Of a stretch of 64,000 bases of DNA, positions 1-12,374 are shown one piece after another. The notes below the pieces were generated by a model, which saw only the letters and a list, made by a program, of their open reading frames with translations, ran no database searches and was not told the DNA's origin. The position numbers and the translations under genes were made by a program. Source of the DNA: Octopus sinensis (lineage: Eukaryota); NCBI RefSeq assembly GCF_006345805.1, contig NC_043015.1, positions 48,050,001-48,114,000 on the forward strand, written 5' to 3'. Positions within the stretch are counted from its first letter, which is position 1. Every line of letters starts with the position of its first letter.

Positions 1-1060
1 ACAACAAACGGGGATCTTAGGTGGATTGGTATTGAAAGGGTTACTAAGCTATGATATAAATTAAAACAATGGTAACTAAATTGCTAAAAATAGGAGTAAT
101 TTTATACTTATACAGTGAAAGTTTGGTAGAAGAGGATAGTAATCAATGGATTTTAACTAAAAGGATATTAGCTAATTAAATACAATCGGCTGCACAAAAA
201 CAAAAAAAAAAAATGAACTAAGTCTGAAAGTCAGAATCCAAAATTGCTGACTGGCATATATCAAATTAACCTTTAAACCTTAAATATGACCACCCCCAAG
301 TATAACAAATACTTAAATAATCAACTTATTCCTAGGTAAAATTAGAAAAACACCTACGAAAATAAAATAGAAAAATCCGATATATAGAAACAACAACTAT
401 ATATACAAACATATAATATGAGAGGGGAGCAAGAATCAATTCTGACAGTCACAAAACACCATAAAGATAAAAAATAGTTGAGATGTCATATGTTGTAGAC
501 ATAACATATCAATACACGCAAGAAGGAAGGGGACATTTACTTGGGGTGTTACAAGAATGTGGGGCAGGGGTATAGCTAAACCAATGGGGATAGTAAACTG
601 GGGTGCGTTAAAAAAATTTTTTAATTGAACTACAAAAGAATGTTTCTAGGGCACCAGTCCACCTAGGAATTACATAGGAGTAACTCAGGTCATTGGAAAT
701 ACTTGTTCATAATAGAAAACCGACCAAAATAAAGGGCAGATTTTTATTTACAAACACCAGCACATCACCCAGTCTTCAGTTTCCCTCACAAAACATGTAG
801 AGGAGATACACAAAAGTACATCATTAAATAAATTATATGGGATATATTACTACTCAACATTGAGTATAACAACCTAATTTAGCATGAAAACAAATGATGA
901 TGATGGTAAAGATATAATAATAATAATATATTTTACCCCAGTGTCACTTTGATGGCATGCACTGCTCTCTCACTCAATAATAATAATCATAAATAATAAT
1001 GATTTTTACTATTATCACTAATCTTTATCAACATTATCATCTCCATGATGATGATGACGA

Positions 1061-1071
1061 TAATAATAATA

Positions 1072-1114
<43 letters not shown>
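1061..1114. repeat. (TAA)n microsatellite
   Basis: Direct reading. Other long simple repeats include (TA)n at about 33458-33498 and 40389-40436 and a (GA)-rich tract at 35350-35480. Confidence 0.95.
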
Positions 1115-2109
1115 CCTGAAGATGATAACAACAATGATGATGAGGATTTTAGTTATTTGCTGTAAGGCCACCGGATGAAAAGAACCAAACTCCATTTATA
1201 GATGTATGCATATGATAATGTCAACTAACCTGAATGTTCAAACTGTATATAAAGCTGTAAAAATGATCCCATGACAAAGCCAAAACAAACAACATTCATC
1301 AGCTAGGTAGGTGTAGGTGTCCTATACTTTTGGTTGTTAATAATTTCAACAAACATAGTGAGATTTGAAGACAGGAAAAGATAGAGAAATGAGAGGCCGT
1401 CCAGTTATTAGGAGTGAAGTCATCTTTGACTTGATTCTGGTGAGGAGCTAACTAATGTATAAAGCCAGTTGTCCACACAAGCTGACCTATTTTGAAGAGC
1501 AGCAGGATATTGTTACATGTCAAATAGAATAACCTGGTTAGAGGATAGGCAATATAGCTTATTATAACAAGACAACAATCACCCTCTCCCATATACAAGC
1601 ACGAGAGGGAGGTAGGCTATCAGAAATTATTCTGTGACAGCAAATAGTTTCGGTTTGAACTGTTTTTTACCTGATTTATATTTTATCATAAATAAACTTT
1701 AAACAATGGGAACAGTCATTATATTTCTAGACAGAATCACTAGTAAATAAACGAAGTTTCAAATGAATGATAAATAAATAAATAAATAAATAAAACAAAA
1801 ACCAATAACAAAAAAGTCAAAACAAGGAATGTTTCTGAAAAAGTTAGTAAAGTTTTTCGAGTGATAGTTGCTTGGCAAGTCTCTTGATCTGAGATTGTCT
1901 GTCCAAGATGACACGATTACATCAAAGAATCAAGAGAGCTATTCATTTATATTCTGAAATTCACATTTTAGTTAGACTAGAAAATATTTTCTCACTAAAT
2001 GCTAATACATAATGTTTATTGTATAAATGACATGAATTATTCTAATACTGTGACAGGATCAGACAATCTGACATGGGCTTCAGTAATTTGATTCCACATC
2101 ACTAGAATG

Positions 2110-2340
2110 CATGCACAGCCAAAATGATGTTCTTCCAAAGGATTCTCTGGTGTGTAATGTTACTCGACAGGGTAACATGGCTTGGATATTAGGGAGTCTC
2201 TCAATGTTGAGCCACTTCTCCTTACTGACAGATCACAGCTCCACTACTATGCATAAAGTATCACAGGAAAGAATTGCAAAACAGATTCTTCAAGTCAAGC
2301 CAATCATCAAGAAACCTAAGGGTAGACCAAGAATGAGATT
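2110..2340 (+). mobile_element. Decayed RTE-type LINE, ORF C-terminal fragment
   Basis: Translation SQERIAKQILQVKPIIKKPKGRPRMR fits the RTE C-terminal pattern R-x-KQ-x-L...KRP-x-GRP-x-x-RW. Confidence 0.6.
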
Positions 2341-2469
2341 GCAATGTCATTATCAGTCCGAATATAACTTGATGCATGTTCGAACTGGGGGAACAAGCCA
2401 TTCACTGTGTTTTGTCAAAGAGAATATATCTTGCAGTACCACCTTCCTAGACTGTGAGATGTTACCATT

Positions 2470-2925
2470 TCGGAGTAGTTGTCTCCTCACTGGTCACAGA
2501 CACTAAGCAGATGGCACCGAGAGCTGAATTAAGAGTTTACCTCTCTTATGCTTTTCCAGTCATCGCATGGTGACTGGCGGCGCTATATGGTGGCTCACCA
2601 TAAGTAAATTATGGAGGGGGAGCACCAAGCAGTGATGAGTGAAATTGCAATGTCATTATCGATCCAAATATGCTTGATGCCCGTTCAAACTGGGGAACAA
2701 ACTACTCATTGCATTTTGTCATGTAGAATATATCTCGCTTGTTGACAAATGGTGTGTATACACCTAGATCAGCTCCCTCTCTGTAATTTACTTACAGTGA
2801 GCTACTGCATATCACTGCCAATCACCGTACAATGACTGGGAAAGCATAAGAGAGGTAATCTGTTAATTCAGCTTGCAGTGCCATCTGTTTAGAGTCTTTG
2901 ATCAATGAGGAGACAACTACTCTGA
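2470..2925. mobile_element. Long-TIR (foldback/Mutator-like) MITE. Arms are about 150 bp (2470-2622 and 2770-2925). An inverted second copy lies at 2942-3715 and a fragment at 2330-2440.
   Basis: ctaagcagatggcacc...gagctgaattaa...cctctcttatgcttt recurs inverted at 2830-2892. The internal modules recur inverted at 2942-2992 (about 50 bp, 1 mismatch) and 3593-3715. Confidence 0.7.
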
Positions 2926-2992
2926 AGTCTCTAGGCACTGTGAGCTGATCTAGGTGTATACACACCATTTGTCAACAAGTGAGATATATTCT

Positions 2993-3592
2993 TACTTCTT
3001 TATTGTCCACAAGGGGCTAAGCATAAGGGGGGACAAACAAGGACAGACAAACGGATTATGTTGATTACATCGACCCCAGTGCCTAACTGGTACTTAATTT
3101 ATCGACCCCAAAAGGATGAAAGGCAAAGTCAACCTCGGCGGAATTTGAACTCAGAATGTAACAGCAGACGAAATACCTATTTCTTTACTACTCACAAGGG
3201 GCTAAACACAGAGAGGACAAACAAGGACAGACAAACGGAATAAGTTGATTACATCAACCCCAGTGCGTAACTGGTACTTAATTTATCGACCCCGAAAGGA
3301 TGAAAGGCAAAGTCAACCTCGGCGGAATTTGAACACAGAATGTAACAGCAGACGAAATACCTATTTCTTTACTACCCACAAGGGTCTAAACATAAAGAGG
3401 ACAAACAAGGACAGACAAACGGAATAAGTCGATTACATCGACCCCAATGCCTAACTGGTACTTAATTTATCGACCCCGAAAGTATGAAAGGCAAAGTCAA
3501 CCTCGGTGGAATTTGAACTCAGAATGTAACAGCAGACGAAATACCGCTAAGCATTTCGCCTGTCGTGCTAACGATTCTACCAGCTCACCAAA
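2993..3592 (-). mobile_element. SINE family A (tRNA head, GCCTTTCATCCTTTCGGGGTCGATAAA central domain, AAAGAAATA tail): one head plus three tandem bodies
   Basis: 13-bp TSD tgagatatattct at 2980-2992 and 3593-3605; period about 185 bp. Confidence 0.92.
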
Positions 3593-4369
3593 TGAGATAT
3601 ATTCTCTGTGACAAAACACAGTGAGTAGCTTGTTCCCCAGTTCGAATGTGCATCCAGCATATTCGGACAGATAATGACATTGTAATTTCACTTATCACTG
3701 CTTGGGGCTCCCCTCTGCAAGAATGAGATGGTTGGATAATATTCATAGTCTCAGTTGGTTCCATTTGGGAATCTAACAAGGAAGTATAATGATGGCTGCT
3801 TCTGACAGGACCCTTTGGAGAAAGTGCCTGATGAATCTACTCCCATAATCCTCCCAGGAATGGAGGGTGGAGAAGATGGGTAAATAGATAGATCGACAAT
3901 AAAAAAACTTCTTTCAGTTTCCATCTGCCAAATCCACTGACAAGGTTTTGGTTGGCCCAAGACTATAGAAGGTATTTGCCCAAGGTACCATGCAGTGGGA
4001 CAGAACCTTGAACTATGTGGTTGGGAAGCTTCTTACCAGAGAGTCACACTTGTACCTATATAACAGAATCTAAGGAGGCTGGAGATAGTCTGCATCACTA
4101 AGGCTTGTATTGTTTGGAAAGAGAAACAGAAAGACAGATTCCTTTTTCAGCATTAAGGTGACAGGAAAGAGAAAAGGGAAAGACAGTTCTAGATCTTCTA
4201 CATTTGAATGACTGTCTGCAACTGATGAGCAACGCAAAACTTGAGTGTGCAAGTAATAGTAAGAAAGTGAAACTGAGAAAGGAAGAAAGAATGAAGAGAG
4301 GAAGAGAAGCAGGAGGAGTGAGATGGAGGAGCCGAAAGATAAAGATGGGATCCCTGAACTAAAGGGTGA

Positions 4370-5125
4370 CAGAGGAGTAGAAGGAAAGACATTCATTTAA
4401 ACTTGTGAGTATCAGAGTTCTGAGTTTGAATATGAAAACCGGCCCTTCCATTTCCTTGAGCTTGCAGATCCAGATTGTGCAGAGACACCACACACAGATA
4501 AATGGTACTGGAATGGCCTGTTGAAGTGGGTGGCAAATGACTGGACAGGTATACAAAGTAGTGTGAATCAAATGTTTTAGAAAAAGTGATTGCCAAGGGA
4601 ACACCCTGTAAAGGTACACTGCAAATTTTGCAGATGATGTAATATACAAGGTTGGAAGAGGTGCAACAGTAGCTTTGGGTAATGTGGTACTGTGACTTAG
4701 ATCCAGTGATGGCTCTTGTGTTGTTAGTGTAGGGGCAGGTGTTACAATGTCAGTAAGTGCTTTTAAATGTAATTGGTTGTGTATGGCTGGATACCGTGAT
4801 GCTTCTAACTAGGAGATTGCCAAGGTTCCTATTCATTTTTTGAAAGTAAAGAATGGCAGTGCAAAAATAGATTGGAGCAGTTGTGGGGCCAAAGAGTAGG
4901 ATTTGGAAGTTGCAGATAAGTGTACATTTTAGTGGATTGGTGGAAGACGAGGGAGAGTAAAATTTGAACTGTACAGAGAGGGTAGGAATGGTGACATAGC
5001 TGACAGCCTGGGACCGGTGAAGTGCAAGGGCCACAACTGATCAAGGGCTTTGTTTGACTCACTTTCACTCTCTTTGAGGTATGGTTACAGGTACTGTAAC
5101 TATACCTCAAACCTTCACCCATCTA
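4370..5125 (-). mobile_element. Decayed Penelope-like element, GIY-YIG endonuclease end of the ORF
   Basis: Frameshifted minus-strand translations ICNFQILLFGPTTAPIYF, FQKMNRNLGNLLVRS, YHITQSYCCTSSNLVYYIICKIC, PVQSFATHFN and IFKLRTLILTSLNECLSF match the PLE motif order (RNLxDxLVRS; FxCxSxNVVYxIxCxxC; PVAxHFN; IFxLxTLxPxGLN). Confidence 0.85.
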
Positions 5126-6463
5126 TTTCATAACCAAAATTTCCAAACTAGACAATCCCAAACTGCCTTACCATTCCCATAATTTACTAACATCAACGTT
5201 CTCAGAAACAGAACTGCTTCTAACAGGTTCTCCTTCACAGAAACCCTTCGTCTGATCTGAGTGGTTTTAGTGCAGGAAACAAAATGTGTGAAACCAGAAA
5301 CTTCAATACTTTATATTAAAGAGTGAGTCAACTCTGTAAGTCCTGAGTGGAGGATCTGCAAAAACTGGGAACACATAAGACTTATTTGATCTACTGGATG
5401 TGCCATGTTAAATAAAATAAACGGTAGATTTTAGCAGCTGGCATTAAAACCATTAGCTGATGCATCATTAATGAATGATGGATGAAAGTGCTGACGGTGT
5501 GGTCTGAAGTAGAAACCTCGGGATGTTAGTCTTCACACAGGACATAAGAAAGGATCAAGATAAGACGAATAACAATATACTATGCAACAGACCTATCCAA
5601 CCCATGCTAGCCATACATAAAGAGTTTTCAAAGTACTGGTGATGATCAACAACTATGGTTGACTTGCAAAATTTGCATAGTTATATAGATATTATCTAAA
5701 AAGGGTGTTTACATTATTCAAGCAATCATTGAAAATATATATACTTACTCATGTTTTAACGAAAATACTTTAACTTTACACCATGTTAGAAATTCCATAT
5801 CAACCTGAAATAAAACAGAAAATTTTATTTATAAACATTTAAGGAAAAAAAAAAACATTTTCAGTTTTTTCCAGTTGTGTATTTTCTCAACAGAATTGTC
5901 AAATTGCAGACCACATACTTTTAGTAATCGCGGCTAACACAACACTAAATATAATATTGTATTGATTCAATACGTGTGTGTGTGAGAGAGAGAGAGATCA
6001 TATTTTCACATCGAGACAAAGAATGTATGGATATGAGATTGTATATTTATTTATTCATAACCCTTGTTTGTATTGCTTATTCTAATATTTATTGCGGAGA
6101 CATCCAACGTTCTATGTTCTGTGTCAGCCAAGTTTTGTTTATAGTTTTTAATAAGCAGCCTTCGGCTTAAACGAAAGGGAAATAAATCTTGACGAATTGC
6201 AAACACTGGAATTAGCTGGTATGTAATTCATACCTAACTGCTGAAAAGGCACTCGTGAGCCTAATTTTACAGCTGAGTGTAATACAAATGCATTTGACTA
6301 TCTAGGTATCTAAATATATTTATAACCCAAGACAAACTTGCATTGTAGCATATGCACACGCGCGCACACACACACACATATATTAATAATCACAGAAGCA
6401 ACCCTACCATTTTTGACTAAGAATTAAGTGAAGGATTACCCATATAGCTAAGGGCATAAAATA

Positions 6464-6691
6464 TAAACCCTTTCGTTACCAAATTTCTGTTGAAATACAA
6501 GCTTTGTTTCAATTGATTTTGAAAATAAGAATTTATCGAAATAATTTTGCCCTTTATAAGAGTGATGTTTGGAACATAAATTAAGAAGGAACTTCGTTGG
6601 AATGTTTCAATTTAGTTAGAAGACAGTAAAACAAAAAGTTTGTACAATTGAACTAGGAATGGTTTCAGGTGTGTTAGTATCAAAAAGTTAA
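6464..6691. mobile_element. piggyBac-type MITE family P1. Other copies: 50160-50302 (deleted), 50319-50546, 53717-54171; fragments at 1-45 and 38837-38895.
   Basis: TTAA-CCCTTT...AAAGGG-TTAA ends and a shared internal sequence (ggaacataaatt...aaaacaa). Confidence 0.8.
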
Positions 6692-6739
6692 TTAATTAAA
6701 ATTTCTTGATGAGTTACATCAAATATGCTAGCACTAACA

Positions 6740-7368
6740 TTAACCCTTCGAGGACCGGCGGGGTTGGAATTACACAAAAGGTCCCTCGGGACCCCCTTTT
6801 ATTTTTGCGCATTTCCGCACTATCTATAAAGTAATATTTGCTTAATATTTTATATATGAGTGAATACATGATACAAAACAAGAAATTCAACACTTTATAG
6901 GTATATATTTGTAATTATTAGCATTTAATGGAAAGTACTTAAAATATAATTTGACTAAAAAAATCTTTATTGAAAGAAATCAATATTTTTTTTATAGTTT
7001 TATAAGTTATACATATAGCACTAAATATAAAATAAAACAAAATTATATAGTATATCGATTGTCATGAGATATAAAATCATTTACATAAAAATGTAAAATT
7101 TGCTGAGGCCCCCAAGGACCCCCATCGGCCCGCGAATACTTATTTCTTTACTACCCACAAGGGGCTAAACACAGGGGACAAACAAAGACAGACAAAGGGA
7201 TTAAGTCGATTATATCGACCCCAGTGCGTAACTGGTACTTAATTTATCGAGAGGATGAAAGGCAAAGTCGACCTCGGCGGAATTTGAACTCGGAACGTAA
7301 CGACAGACGAAATACGGCTACGCATTTCGCCCGGCGTGCTAACGTTTCTGCCAGCCCACGAATATTAA
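6740..7368. mobile_element. piggyBac-type MITE with a SINE-A copy (7141-7355, -) inserted in its right TIR
   Basis: Left end ttaacccttcgaggaccggcgggg...ggtccctcggggacccc mirrors right end ggcccccaaggacccccatcggcccgcgaa...tattaa. Confidence 0.7.
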
Positions 7369-8520
7369 GTCTTTATGAAGTAGGCGCATCTGGATATTTT
7401 CTTCCGGCCCTTAAATTATAACACTTCTCCGTGTTCAGCAACTTATGCATCTGCCACGACCGAGTGATTGAATAGACCAAAGTGTGACCAAATTCGTTAT
7501 CAAATAAAAGATCAAAGTCGCCCCATGCTGTAACTTTATACACATTTTGTTTCAGTCAGTACACTGCGACTATGCTGTGGTACCACCGAGAAAAATTTTA
7601 GTCGAACGAATAGACCGCCAACAAACAAGATGAACTCAGCTCAGTTTCCGTATACCGAATACACTCACAAGGCTTTGGTCTGCCTGAGGCTAGCAGACAC
7701 TTGCCCAAGGTGCCACGTAGAGGGGCTGTACCCGGAACTTAGCTCAGTTTCCGTGTACCGAATCCACTCACAAGGCTTTGGTCGGCCTGAGGCTAGGAGA
7801 CAATTGTCCTAGGTGCCACGTAGAGGGGCTGTACCTGGAACGATGTGATTGGAAGCTAACTTCTTCACACAGCCATATTTAATCAAAATTCCCTGCTTGT
7901 CTCCTAAAACATTTTTAGCACCACAATTAGTCACGAAGATAATGATTGCCCTTATCACAAGAGAGAAAATGTAATTAAAATTTCTTAGCTTACTGCACCA
8001 TGAATACTCTTCCCAGCTCTCACCATTAAGCTTTCGTGCAACAGGTACCTATGGGTAGATTCCACTAGTCTTTCTTCAAACCTGAACTCAGGTCAATGTA
8101 ATAATCGTTTCAAATTTTGGCACAAGGCCAGAAATTTCGGGGGGAAGAGTAAAGTCAATTACACCGACCCCAGAAAAGATGAAAAACCAAGTCCGCGACG
8201 GCAGAGTTTAAACTCAGAGCGTAAAATCAGATGACATGCAGCTAGCATTTTGCGCGGAGCGCTTAGCGACTCTCACAGCTCGCCGTCTTAAGTCATTGTA
8301 ATAACTGACGCGTTACTAAACAGGACCAGTTTTCTCTTTTTATAAACACAGTGAGTGTCCTTGACAAAATATAAGCCGCAAATATTTCACTTTGTTCAAA
8401 ATATGCCATACTGTGTGAGAGTGTGTCCATTTTGTTTCTCACTCCTCTTTCTTTCAAATGTAAGCTATTAGCTCGGTTGCTACCTGAGTGATTAATTTGT
8501 TTTAATATTATAATCCTCTT

Positions 8521-8755
8521 CAAAGGCGGTGAGCTGGCAGAATCGTTAGCACGCCGGGCGAAATGCGTAGGCGTATTTCGTCTGCCGTTACGTTCTGAGT
8601 TCAAATTCCGCCGAGGTCGACTTTGCCTTTCATCCTTTCGGAGTCGATAAATTAAGTACCAGTTACGCACTGGGGTCGATATAATCGACTTAATCCCTTT
8701 GTCTGTCCTTGTTTGTCCTCTCTCTGTTTAGCCCCTTGTGGGTAGTAAAGAAATA
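8521..8755 (+). mobile_element. SINE-A full copy inserted directly in front of an older SINE-A (8773-8880)
   Basis: 17-bp TSD aatattataatcctctt at 8504-8520 and 8756-8772. Confidence 0.92.
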
Positions 8756-9042
8756 AATATTATAATCCTCTTCAAAGGCGACGAGCTGGCAGAATCGTTA
8801 GCACCTAACATTTCGTCGGTCTTTACATTCTGAGTTCAAATTCTACCGAGGTCGACTTAGCCTTTCATCCTTTCGAGGCTCGACACAATCGTGTAGGCCC
8901 CTCACCCAATTTTTCAGGTCTTGTATCTCAGTCCCACTGCGTGGCATCTTGGGCCAGTGTCTTCTGCTATAGCCCCGGGCCGACCAATGCCTTGTGAGTG
9001 GATTTGGTAGACGGAAACTGAAAGAAGCCTGTCGTATATATG

Positions 9043-9079
<37 letters not shown>

Positions 9080-9349
9080 GTGTGTTTGTCCCCCTAGCAT
9101 TGCTTGACAACCGATGCTGGTGTGTTTACGTCCCCGTCACTTAGCGGTTCGGCAAAAGAGACCGATAGAATAAGTACTGGGCTTACAAAGAATAAGTCCC
9201 GGGTTGATTTGCTCGACTAAAGGCGGTGCTCCAGCATGGCCGCAGTCAAATGACTGAAACAAGTAAAAGAGTAAAAGAGAAAGAGAGTATAGTATGTGTA
9301 GTTCAAATTTACAGAAAATACAAGACGAAGACAGGTGAAGGAAAAGTCT

Positions 9350-9725
9350 TGGCACCTGTGTCGGTGGCACATAAAAACACCATCCGAGCGTGGCCGTCTG
9401 CCAGCCTCGTCTGGCACCTGTGTCGGTGGCACATAAAAACACCATCCGAGCGTGGCCGTCTGCCAGCCTCGTCTGCACCTGTGTCGGTGGCACATAAAAA
9501 CCCATCCGAGCGTGGCCGTTTGCCAGCCTCGTCTGGCACTGTGTCGGTGGCACATAAAATCACCCACTACACTCTCGGAGTGGTTGGCGTTAGGAAGGGC
9601 ATCCAGCTGTAGAAACACTGCCAGATCTGACTGGACTGGTGCAGCTTTCGGGCTCCCCAGACCCCAGTTGAACCGTCCAACCCATGCTAGCATGGAAAGC
9701 GGACGTTAATTGATGATGATGATGA
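9350..9725 (+). mobile_element. SINE family C (AGGAAGGGCATCCAGC domain, RTE-like (GAT)n tail) with about 3.5 internal copies of a ~60-bp unit. Other copies: 19980-20060, 33010-33347, 39290-39580, 39847-40130, 40650-41190, 47700-47930, 63890-64000.
   Basis: Repeated ctggcacctgtgtcggtggcacataaaaacaccatccgagcgtggccgtctgccagcctcgt; ends with ccaacccatgctagcatggaaagcggacgttaa...gatgatgat. Confidence 0.85.
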
Positions 9726-9954
9726 TTTCGAGCCTATGCTCTTCAACAGAAAGGATTGAGAGGGGGTTAAAAAAAGAATTTTTTTTTAAACTGAGAGAGA
9801 AAAAAATGTGTTGGGATTAATGGTTCAACATGATGAAAAGGCCATGTGTGTGTGTGTGTATACACCAATATTAAAATGACTCACGCAAGAATAAAAACCG
9901 TTATATGCTCCCCATCACATACAATTCATTCACTCTAATTTATAAGGATATACT

Positions 9955-10350
9955 CTCTCTTTTACTCTTTTACTTGTTTCAGTCATTTGACTGCGGCCAT
10001 ACTGGAGCACCGCCTTTAGTCGATCAAATCGACCCCGGGATTTATTCTTTGTAAGCCCAGTACTTATTCTATCGGTCTCTTTTGCCGAACCGCTAAGTGA
10101 CGGGGACGTAAACACGCCAGCATCAGTTGTCAAGCAATGCTAGGGGGACAAACACAGACACACAAACACATATATATATACATATATACGACAGGCTTCT
10201 TTCAGTTTCCGTCTACCAAATCCACTCACAAGGCTTTGGTCGGCCCGGGGCTATAGCAGAAGACATTTGCCCAAGATGCCACGCAGTGGGATCTGAACCC
10301 GCAACCATGTGGTTGGTTAGCAAGCTACTTACCACACAGCCACTCCTGCA
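9955..10350 (-). mobile_element. SINE family B (~400 bp: tRNA head, CTTGGGCAAGTGTCTTCT domain, internal (TA)n(TG)n, AAAAGAG tail). Other copies: 3908-4057, 7640-7880, 8925-9285, 14560-14790, 17195-17600, 20755-21125, 29560-29900, 31610-31800, 32345-32730, 38915-39290, 40200-40618, 51230-51632, 52380-52757, 53035-53392, 54238-54630, 62520-63235.
   Basis: Many near-identical dispersed copies on both strands; A-box (ggctgtgtggtaag) and B-box (ggttcagtccc) in the head. Confidence 0.92.
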
Positions 10351-10611
10351 CCTTAACACATATATATATATATATATATATGATTAGCGTAACAGCCCAC
10401 GCTAAGCGGGAAGATGGCAGAAGGACACCCAGTTCCTGTTTGAGGAGGGTTTAACTATTTACGAATAAAAAATCAATCACTCTTAATAACCCCTGCTTCT
10501 TACATAGTCAAAGCATAGCGTATTTCTTTTTGAATTCTCTCTCTAAAGTTACTTCAGAATGGATTTGCTATCCTTTGAAGATACTATTATGTTGAATAGG
10601 ACAGAATGAGA

Positions 10612-11012
10612 GGATCTTTTCGGTTTGAACGGCAGTTTTTAACATAATTTCTAGGTAACTAAAAAATTTTAAACTTTGTATACTCGTAGAATGTGTTTAT
10701 AAAACATCTTTTTCTCTTGGCTTTATTGATAAAATTCTATAGTTTGTAAGATATTTGTTTTTTTTTCTGCAATTTGAACCAATCACTGACGTCCATTGAG
10801 GTAAAACACATTCTGTGCCGTATGAATATGTCCCTCGTTTAAGAAACAGATTGGGTTTATTTACATTTGTGAAGAAAAAAAAGATACCCTTGCCCCCTCA
10901 CCTAACCCTAAGACAGATTGAAAAGCAATAGATCGATACTAGGGTCATAATTATGGGTGACAATTTCATATAAGACCGCTAGAAAAAACTGCCGTTCAAA
11001 CCGAAAAGATCT
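10612..11012. mobile_element. Merlin-like MITE; second copy at 22258-22672
   Basis: TIR of about 28 bp GGATCTTTTCGGTTTGAACGGCAGTTTTT. 8-bp TSD gaatgaga (10604-10611, 11013-11020); second copy flanked by aaaaatta/aaaaattg. GG-starting TIRs with an 8-bp TSD suggest the Merlin superfamily (inference). Confidence 0.85.
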
Positions 11013-11468
11013 GAATGAGACAATTGGATGCAGATGATTCAACATGACTAATTGGAAACTGAACCTGTTTTGGTGACTGTGCTTTTAGACACTGGGGGCA
11101 AACACACACCCACTCTCTCTCTCTCTTTCAAGTATGTGCAGAAATATACACACACTGCTAAGACCTGCCTTGCAAATTACATCTGATCTATGTAAGCAGG
11201 GAAACATGGGCATAAATTAAGACAATGAAGATTATGTTTCAACTTCCTTTTTGGAACCGACAGCATAAGACTAGGATATCTGTGAGAATCAGGACACTGA
11301 ATGTAAGTGAAACTTAAACAGCAAAATCTTGAGAGTCTGTTAATCTGAAAACATGAATAAGTGTTAGACGTGTTTGGCACAGTTGATACAGTTTGTTAAC
11401 CGATCACGATTGACATAAACACTTTCCCTCGGCTCAAACACATAAAGAGAAATATACTCACAAATATA

Positions 11469-12374
11469 TCTTTATATATAAAAGAGAGGTGGTGTGGTGT
11501 CTGTCTCCTACGATTTAGATTCCTAACTACTCCCACATTTTGCGGTGCAGTTTAACCAAAACCGGGTATCTTATAGTCGTGATTCATATCGAGCCCATCT
11601 GGCTATTAGCGCGCATCTACGATGAGTCTACGATTTAAAAAATAATTTAACATTTTTTTTATTCCATTTTAATGCATAATTTTTCATGTGTCGATGGTGG
11701 CGGAGTTGGCGTCCATGGTCACACCTGCACCTGTTTGCTTCTCCCCTTCTTCCCTCCCTCGTGAAGCTGTGGGGAAGGGAGTGTAAGGAAATCAATGTCG
11801 TAAAGCGTTGTCAAGGAGACCAGCGTTCTTTTAGAGCAACGACTTTATGGCTTGAAGACACCAAAACAGAAATGGCTAAGAAAGCCCGAATTGGCATCTA
11901 TAAGGGAAGTAACTCTCTAAAAATGCTTATATAGTTATTTCCCTTACAAACCCTAGCAACGCCGGGCGATACTGCTAGTCTTTATATATAAAAGAGAGGT
12001 TGTGTGCTGTCTGTCTCCTACGATTTAGATTCCTAACTACTCCCACATTTTGTGGTGCAGTTTAACCAAAATCGGGTATCTTATAGTCGTGATTCATATC
12101 AAGCCCTTCTGGATATTAGCGCGCGTCTACGATGAGTCTACGATTTTAAAAAAATTTACCATCGATTTTTCCCATTTTTAATACATTTTTGGCATATATA
12201 AGGGAAGTAACTCTCTAAAAATTTATTATTAAATCTCAGATCGTAAAAAGCTACAGTAACCCCCCCCCCTTTGTGGTTAGCCATATTGAGATGGCTATTA
12301 TACTTTACATCTCTAAAAATGCTTATATAGTTATTTCCCTTACAAACCCGAGCAACGCCGGGCGATACTGCTAG
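11469..12374 (+). mobile_element. Head-to-tail dimer of non-autonomous Helitrons (11469-11978 and 11979-12374)
   Basis: Each unit starts TCTTTATATATAAAAG and ends with a GCAACGCCGGG hairpin plus CTAG. The dimer sits between A and T, and the junction is CTAG|TC with no spacer. Confidence 0.92.

Noticed and set aside
5170-5355. Minus-strand exon candidates with a GTAAGG donor
   Set aside because: Stops occur in all long frames. The plus strand reads like a decayed LINE endonuclease start (FTNINVLRN...VVLVQETK), which is also too weak to annotate.
9350-9560. Regularly spaced ~60-bp repeats resembling a CRISPR array
   Set aside because: The units are contiguous with no unique spacers, lie inside a eukaryotic SINE, and there are no cas genes
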